A stretch of 64,000 nt of DNA, taken from positions 10,281-74,280 of the forward strand of contig CAYZFN010000228.1 in NCBI GenBank assembly GCA_964477695.1. Reading direction: 5' to 3'. Both the position numbers and the translations under genes were made by a program. The notes under the pieces are model-generated. The model saw nothing but the letters and a program-made list of their open reading frames with translations, did no database searches and was not told where the DNA came from. Source of the DNA: an uncultured Enterobacteriaceae bacterium (GTDB taxonomy: Bacteria; Pseudomonadota; Gammaproteobacteria; Burkholderiales; SG8-39). Shown in pieces: positions 59,945 through 64,000 of the stretch; positions within the stretch are counted from its first letter, which is position 1; each line of letters starts with the position of its first letter.

Positions 59945-60497
59945 TCAGTAGCGTTGTGCGAGCGTAAGCAGCAACGCCGTTCCACCGAGCTGCAGCTTCT
60001 TGCTGCTCAGCTCACCAAACGTGCCGGAGAGCCAAAGGCGGCGCGCCTCGAAGCCGAGCGTTGTGCGGCTGCTGCCAATCGGGAAGGCGATCCCCGCGCG
60101 CAAGTCGCCGCCGAGGGCGTGGTCGTTTTCCTCGATCTCGCCCGAAACCGGGATAGAAAACGCCGTTCCGCTCTCTTCCGCCTTCATCGACGACAGATAG
60201 AGAGCCGCCCCGCCGCCGGCATAGAGCTCGCCACCGCCGTGCATAGGCCAGGCGTACGTGAGCCGGCCGCCGAGCCCGACCGTATTGAACGTCATCGAGC
60301 TGTCGACGGTACACGTCGAGCCGCAGCTCACTCCTTGCGGAGCGGCGTACTTGGCGTTGTATAGATTTCCCTCGACGCCTCGCCCTGCGGGCTGAAGAGG
60401 CCGAGCGAGACCCCCAGGCGCTTTCCTCGGCGCATGCCGGCGATGCAGGGGTCGCGGCAAGAAGGAGAGCAACGCCGACATGGAGATTTGTCTTCAT
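59945..60497 (-). pseudogene. Outer-membrane beta-barrel protein gene with a frame discontinuity between signal peptide and barrel
   Basis: The signal peptide MKTNLHVGVALLLAATPASPACA is in the frame starting at 60497. The barrel-like body (GNLYNAKYAAPQG...GGRLTYAW...LRAGIAFPIG...LGFEARRLW...GTALLLTLAQRY) is in the frame ending at 59945. The frames must switch around 60,370-60,420, near a C5/G5 run at 60411-60415. Confidence 0.5.
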
Positions 60498-60619
60498 GCC
60501 GGCAGCCTATTCGGCCGGCGCGAAGATCAAAATCCCAGAGTCATGGCAGAGCTGGCCTGGCTTTTGACTTGCGTCATGCCATGCGGATCGACGCCGAGCC
60601 AGAATCAACGGCACGTGCA

Positions 60620-61009
60620 ATGACCGCCTACAACACCATCCTCGTCGCAATCGATGGCAGCGAGCCTTCGGCGAGGGCGCTCGACGAAGCCGTGCGGCTG
60701 GTGAAGGCGCAGGGCGGAAAGCTGCAGATCGTGCACATCGGAGTACCGGAGGGCGGGAAGCAGATCCTCGCCGATGCGCTGAAGAGCGCGCAGCAGGCCG
60801 GCGTGCCTGCCGAGGCGAATGTGGTCGAAGGCATCGGCGGCCGCACCGCGACCTTCATCATCGACGAGGCGAATCGCTGCAGCGCCGATCTCATCGTCGT
60901 AGGCACGCACGGCCGTCGCGGCGTGCGCCGCCTGCTGGTCGGCAGCGACGCCGAAGGAATCGTGCGCAGCTCGCCGGTCCCCGTGCTAGTGGTGCACGGC
61001 GAGCAGTAG
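60620..61009 (+). CDS. Universal stress protein (UspA family)
   Basis: ATG 60620: MTAYNTILVAIDGSE.S..AL..A......G..L.IVH...; ADLIVVGTHGRRGVRRLLVGSDAEGIVRSSPVPVLVV. Confidence 0.85.
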   Translation: MTAYNTILVAIDGSEPSARALDEAVRLVKAQGGKLQIVHIGVPEGGKQILADALKSAQQAGVPAEANVVEGIGGRTATFIIDEANRCSADLIVVGTHGRRGVRRLLVGSDAEGIVRSSPVPVLVVHGEQ

Positions 61010-61019
61010 CTTCAGCGCT

Positions 61020-61364
61020 TCAGCGGCCCGAGGCTGCGGAGCGCCCTCCGCCGCGCAGGCACTCGCTCATGAAGCTCTTGCGCTGATCGCCCTTCATGTT
61101 CTTCGCGCTCGCTTCCCGGTTGCAGCTCGCCATCTTCTCCTGCTGCGCGGTGAGCTCCTTGCCGCCGTTTTCGCCTTTCAGGCAGTGGCTCATGAAGTCC
61201 TGCCGCTCCTCGCCCTTCATGTGCTTGCCGCTGGCTTGGGCGTTGCACGATTTCATGCGTTGCTGCTGGGCAGTCAAAGGCTTGTCCTGCTGTGCCCAAG
61301 CGCTCCAGGGCGCGAGAAGGGCGGCGCTGGCAGCGAAGGCGGCTGCGAATCGGACGACGGACAT
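61020..61364 (-). CDS. psiF: PsiF-repeat protein (phosphate-starvation-inducible PsiF-like), secreted
   Basis: ATG 61364. Signal peptide AAAFAASAALLAPWSAWA. Two repeats of Q..MK.CN..A..K.MKG..R..FMS.CL. Confidence 0.8.
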   Translation of the reverse strand: MSVVRFAAAFAASAALLAPWSAWAQQDKPLTAQQQRMKSCNAQASGKHMKGEERQDFMSHCLKGENGGKELTAQQEKMASCNREASAKNMKGDQRKSFMSECLRGGGRSAASGR

Positions 61365-61482
61365 GCGAGGCTCCTCTAGGTAAGTATTGCCTCGCCTGCC
61401 CCTGCAATTGGCGAGCCCGGGGAACGCTATTTGCTGGCCTATGCGCGAACCAACCCGGTTCTCGCCTAAAGGAGCGATTCGC

Positions 61483-61839
61483 ATGAACTACAACCACCTG
61501 CTCATTACCAGCGCAGTGCTGCTCTCGTCCTGCGCACTAACCGCCGGGGAAGGAAAGGACACTACGGCACGAGGTAGCGCGGCCCAGGGTGCCACCCAGG
61601 ACCAAACGCCGCAGCCCGGAAGCGCCGCAGCATCCGGCGCCGGCACAGCACCCGGGAGCACCGGCACCCAAAGCGGCGCCGAGCCGGCGGACAAGGCGTC
61701 GGGCGGCGCAACGGCCGACACCACCGCCCCCGACAAGAGTGCGGCGCCAACCGAGGGCCCGGAAGCTTCGGGCAGCAGCGGCACGCAAAGCGGGCCGAAT
61801 CCTGCCGGGTCGCCGGACAGGGCGACCGAGAAGAAGTAA
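61483..61839 (+). CDS. Low-complexity lipoprotein (118 aa)
   Basis: AAAGGAG upstream of ATG 61483. MNYNHLLITSAVLLSSC (lipobox LSSC). The rest is Gly/Ala/Ser/Thr/Pro-rich. Confidence 0.65.
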   Translation: MNYNHLLITSAVLLSSCALTAGEGKDTTARGSAAQGATQDQTPQPGSAAASGAGTAPGSTGTQSGAEPADKASGGATADTTAPDKSAAPTEGPEASGSSGTQSGPNPAGSPDRATEKK

Positions 61840-61858
61840 CGGCGGCGCGGCAACGACA

Positions 61859-61890
61859 AGAGCGGAGAGCAGTGCTCTCCGCTCTTTCTT
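61859..61890 (+). terminator. Rho-independent terminator
   Basis: AGAGCGGAGAGC-AGT-GCTCTCCGCTCT (perfect 12-bp stem) followed by TTCTT, 20 nt after the lipoprotein stop. Confidence 0.7.
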
Positions 61891-62073
61891 GTCTACGAGC
61901 AGAACCGGGGGCGCTCCTTGTCACGATTGCGCCACGCCGGGTCGTTGACGTCGGGCCATTCGTTGCGCGGCGGCGCGGCGTTTGATTCTGGTCCGTCATC
62001 AATTCACGCCTAATTTTCATGAGTGGGGAAGTTCTCCCGCAGTACGCTGAATGGCTCACAGAGGAGGAGAAAA

Positions 62074-63690
62074 ATGGTGGACAAACGGCGCTTGGTCCGC
62101 GGGTTCGCAATTTCGACGATCTCGTTGCTGGGTCTTTTGCTCAGCCATTCGATCTGGGCCGACCACGGAGGCAAGCCGCAGGTCGGATCGGTGGGCCCGG
62201 TGCCCAAGGCCGTATGCGGCCATTCCGATCACACCGAAAGCGGATTGCAGGGACAGACCACGTCGGCGGAACGCGCCGTCGTGAACGGCCATACCGACTC
62301 GGAACGCGGCTACAACTGCAATCTGCAGCTCGTCGGCCAGTTCCGGGGCGAGGGCGCCTTCTCGCAGGATGGGCCGTCGTACTTCAAGCACTGCGCCTAC
62401 ATGGCAACGGAAAACGACGCTCGGCAGGCGCACCCCGGCATCGTGGTGATCGATGTTTCGGATCCGAGGAATCCCCATGCGACCGAGTACCTCGCCGAAA
62501 CCAAGGCGGGGCTCAACCCGCACGAGAACAACAAGGTCAACCAGAAGCGCGGACTGCTCGGGCTCGCGCAAAGCAACGGGCCGAATTTCGCGGTTTACGA
62601 CCTGAACGACGATTGCGCTCACCCGAAGCTGGCGTCCACGTTCGACGTCCCCAACAGCTCGGGCCACATGGGCGGCTGGGCGGAGGACGGCAAGACCTAC
62701 TACATCGGACAGAGCTTCCGCGGCGTGAACGGCATCATGCCGATCATCGATACGACCGATCCGTACAACGCGAAGTGGCTCCTCAACTGGACGTTCACCG
62801 GCGATGGCCGGCCGCACGACCTTTCCACCAACAAGAGCGGCACGCGGATGTACTCGGGGCAACCCGGCAACTTCGGCGCCCCGTCGAACAATTCTTCGTT
62901 CGGGCCCGACGGGCTGGTGATCCTCGACGTGAGCGACATCCAGCTCCGTCGTCCCAATCCGCAGATCCTGATCGTGAGCCGGCTGTTCTGGAACGATCAA
63001 GGGCAGGCGGAACAGATGCTGCGGTTCAAGTCCCACGGACGCTGGTACATCATCAGCACCGACGAGTCCGGCGGCCAGGGCGGCGTCGGCGGCCTGGCGG
63101 CGGCCTGCGCGCGGGGAGCGTCGGCGTACGGCTATTCGAACGTCATCGACGTCACCGACGAGAACAATCCGAGGATCGTCTCCAAGATCATGCTCGAAGT
63201 GCACGATCCCGCCAATTGCTCGAAATTCCTGACCGAGCCACCGGAAGTCGGCGGCGGTGCTCTCGACTACTCGACTGAGAGATGCGGTATCGACCGTCCG
63301 AAGAATCCGACGCTGGCCGCTTGCGGCTCGAGAGGTACAGGCACGCGGGTGTACGACATCCGCGATCCGCTCCATCCCGTGGAGATCGCCTATTGGAAGG
63401 GTCCGGCTCCGAGAACGGCCTTCCTTCCCGGGTCGGGCAGCTGGTCACCCGGCGTCGATCGAACCGTCGAGAAGCAGGCGGGTCTGGTGCGCTTCGTCAG
63501 GGCACGGGGCGCGCACGGAAAAGGCGAGCTCAATCTCTGGATCGTCGGCGATGGCAACGGTTTCCAGGTGCTCCGCTTCAGCGACGAGTTCCTGAGGACG
63601 CACCGTGGCCATGAGATCATCGACGAGGCTTTGGACGACGAGCACGACGAGGGCGACGAGCACCACGAGCATCACGACCACGACGATTAA
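62074..63690 (+). CDS. Secreted LVIVD-repeat (beta-propeller) protein with acidic/His-rich C-terminal tail
   Basis: GAGGAGGAG upstream of ATG 62074. Signal peptide RGFAISTISLLGLLLSHSIWA. Repeats IVVIDVSDPRNP, FAVYDLNDDCAHP, IMPIIDTTDPYNA, LVILDVSDIQ, SNVIDVTDENNPR, TRVYDIRDPLHP. Tail DDEHDEGDEHHEHHDHDD. Confidence 0.7.
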   Translation: MVDKRRLVRGFAISTISLLGLLLSHSIWADHGGKPQVGSVGPVPKAVCGHSDHTESGLQGQTTSAERAVVNGHTDSERGYNCNLQLVGQFRGEGAFSQDGPSYFKHCAYMATENDARQAHPGIVVIDVSDPRNPHATEYLAETKAGLNPHENNKVNQKRGLLGLAQSNGPNFAVYDLNDDCAHPKLASTFDVPNSSGHMGGWAEDGKTYYIGQSFRGVNGIMPIIDTTDPYNAKWLLNWTFTGDGRPHDLSTNKSGTRMYSGQPGNFGAPSNNSSFGPDGLVILDVSDIQLRRPNPQILIVSRLFWNDQGQAEQMLRFKSHGRWYIISTDESGGQGGVGGLAAACARGASAYGYSNVIDVTDENNPRIVSKIMLEVHDPANCSKFLTEPPEVGGGALDYSTERCGIDRPKNPTLAACGSRGTGTRVYDIRDPLHPVEIAYWKGPAPRTAFLPGSGSWSPGVDRTVEKQAGLVRFVRARGAHGKGELNLWIVGDGNGFQVLRFSDEFLRTHRGHEIIDEALDDEHDEGDEHHEHHDHDD

Positions 63691-63705
63691 CAGATCGTCA
63701 GGGAT

Positions 63706-63741
63706 GGCTCTTCGGCTCGCGGTCGAAGAGCCATTTTTTTT
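63706..63741 (+). terminator. Rho-independent terminator
   Basis: GGCTCTTCG-GCTCGCGGT-CGAAGAGCC followed by ATTTTTTTT, 16 nt after the stop of the LVIVD gene. Confidence 0.75.
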
Positions 63742-63773
63742 GGGCGGATGTTTCGCGACAATCGACGCCACTG

Positions 63774-64000
63774 ATGCAATTCCTTAACCCCCAAGTCCAG
63801 AGAGACCTGGACGCCGGCGTGCCGTTGCGCCTGGATCTCGGATGCGGAGAACAGAGAAAGCAGGGTTTCTACGGGATCGACTGGGTGGATGTTCCGGGAG
63901 GCGTAGATATCCTCGCCGACCTGAATGAGCCGCTGGAGCTTCTACCCTCGGGGTGCGCGGAGCATGTCTTCTCGACCCATACGCTCGAGCACGTGCAGAA
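63774..64000 (+). CDS. Class I SAM-dependent methyltransferase, N-terminal part (runs off the 3' edge)
   Basis: ATG 63774: MQFLNPQVQRDLDAGVPLRLDLGCGEQRKQGFYGIDWVDVPGGVDILADLNEPLELLPSGCAEHVFSTHTLEHV. LDLGCG is SAM motif I and the TLEH tail is typical of type-11 methyltransferases. Confidence 0.6.
   Translation, partial: MQFLNPQVQRDLDAGVPLRLDLGCGEQRKQGFYGIDWVDVPGGVDILADLNEPLELLPSGCAEHVFSTHTLEHVQ

Noticed and set aside
1-64000. Looked by eye for rRNA, tRNA, CRISPR arrays, IS elements and integrases, especially in spacers at 33646-33818, 55925-56276, 59193-59459 and 61840-62073.
   Set aside because: Nothing resembling a cloverleaf, repeat-spacer periodicity, terminal inverted repeats or transposase/integrase motifs was found. 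A tRNAscan/Infernal run would be needed to be definitive.

Overview
64-kb window of a high-G+C (roughly two-thirds G+C by eye) Gram-negative chromosome, possibly betaproteobacterial (weak guess from porin and lipoprotein styles). All family calls come from reading the supplied translations and recognising motifs. No database search was run.

nt 1 to ~33,700 looks like one accessory island.
(i) A + strand Afp/PVC-type extracellular contractile injection system (eCIS) operon: sheath (5'-truncated by the window), tube, small ORF, LysM tube-initiator-like protein, gpD-like hub, gpV/gp5-like spike, unknown, gp25, gp6/J, P2-I/gp7-like, three fibre-like paralogues, an Ala/Leu-rich candidate ruler, and an Afp15-like AAA+ ATPase.
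(ii) Three very large candidate cargo/effector genes. Two carry N-terminal DUF4157-type HExxH modules. All three share an N-proximal AGN(Q/L)QT motif and hydrophobic cores.
(iii) A lower-GC toxin tip plus a candidate immunity gene.
(iv) A convergent - strand lysis cassette: 4-TM membrane protein, Rz-like protein, Rz1-like lipoprotein, GH108 muramidase.

nt 33.8-64 kb is mostly housekeeping and signalling:
- Metabolism: serine hydrolase, KorA-like oxidoreductase subunit, class II aldolase, GltD-like Fe-S flavoprotein, Mo-hydroxylase subunit pair, transaldolase.
- Envelope and transport: porin, alpha/beta hydrolase, AI-2E and MFS transporters, Pal-like lipoprotein, ZIP transporter.
- Regulation and signalling: MarR regulator, membrane adenylate cyclase, HD-GYP protein.
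- Other: a cyclase-STAND-TPR giant protein with a small downstream operon, a frame-disrupted outer-membrane barrel gene, UspA, PsiF, an LVIVD-repeat protein, and a 3'-truncated methyltransferase.

No rRNA, tRNA, CRISPR array, transposase or integrase was recognised. Many long ORFs in the track are antisense or out-of-frame artefacts typical of high-GC DNA.
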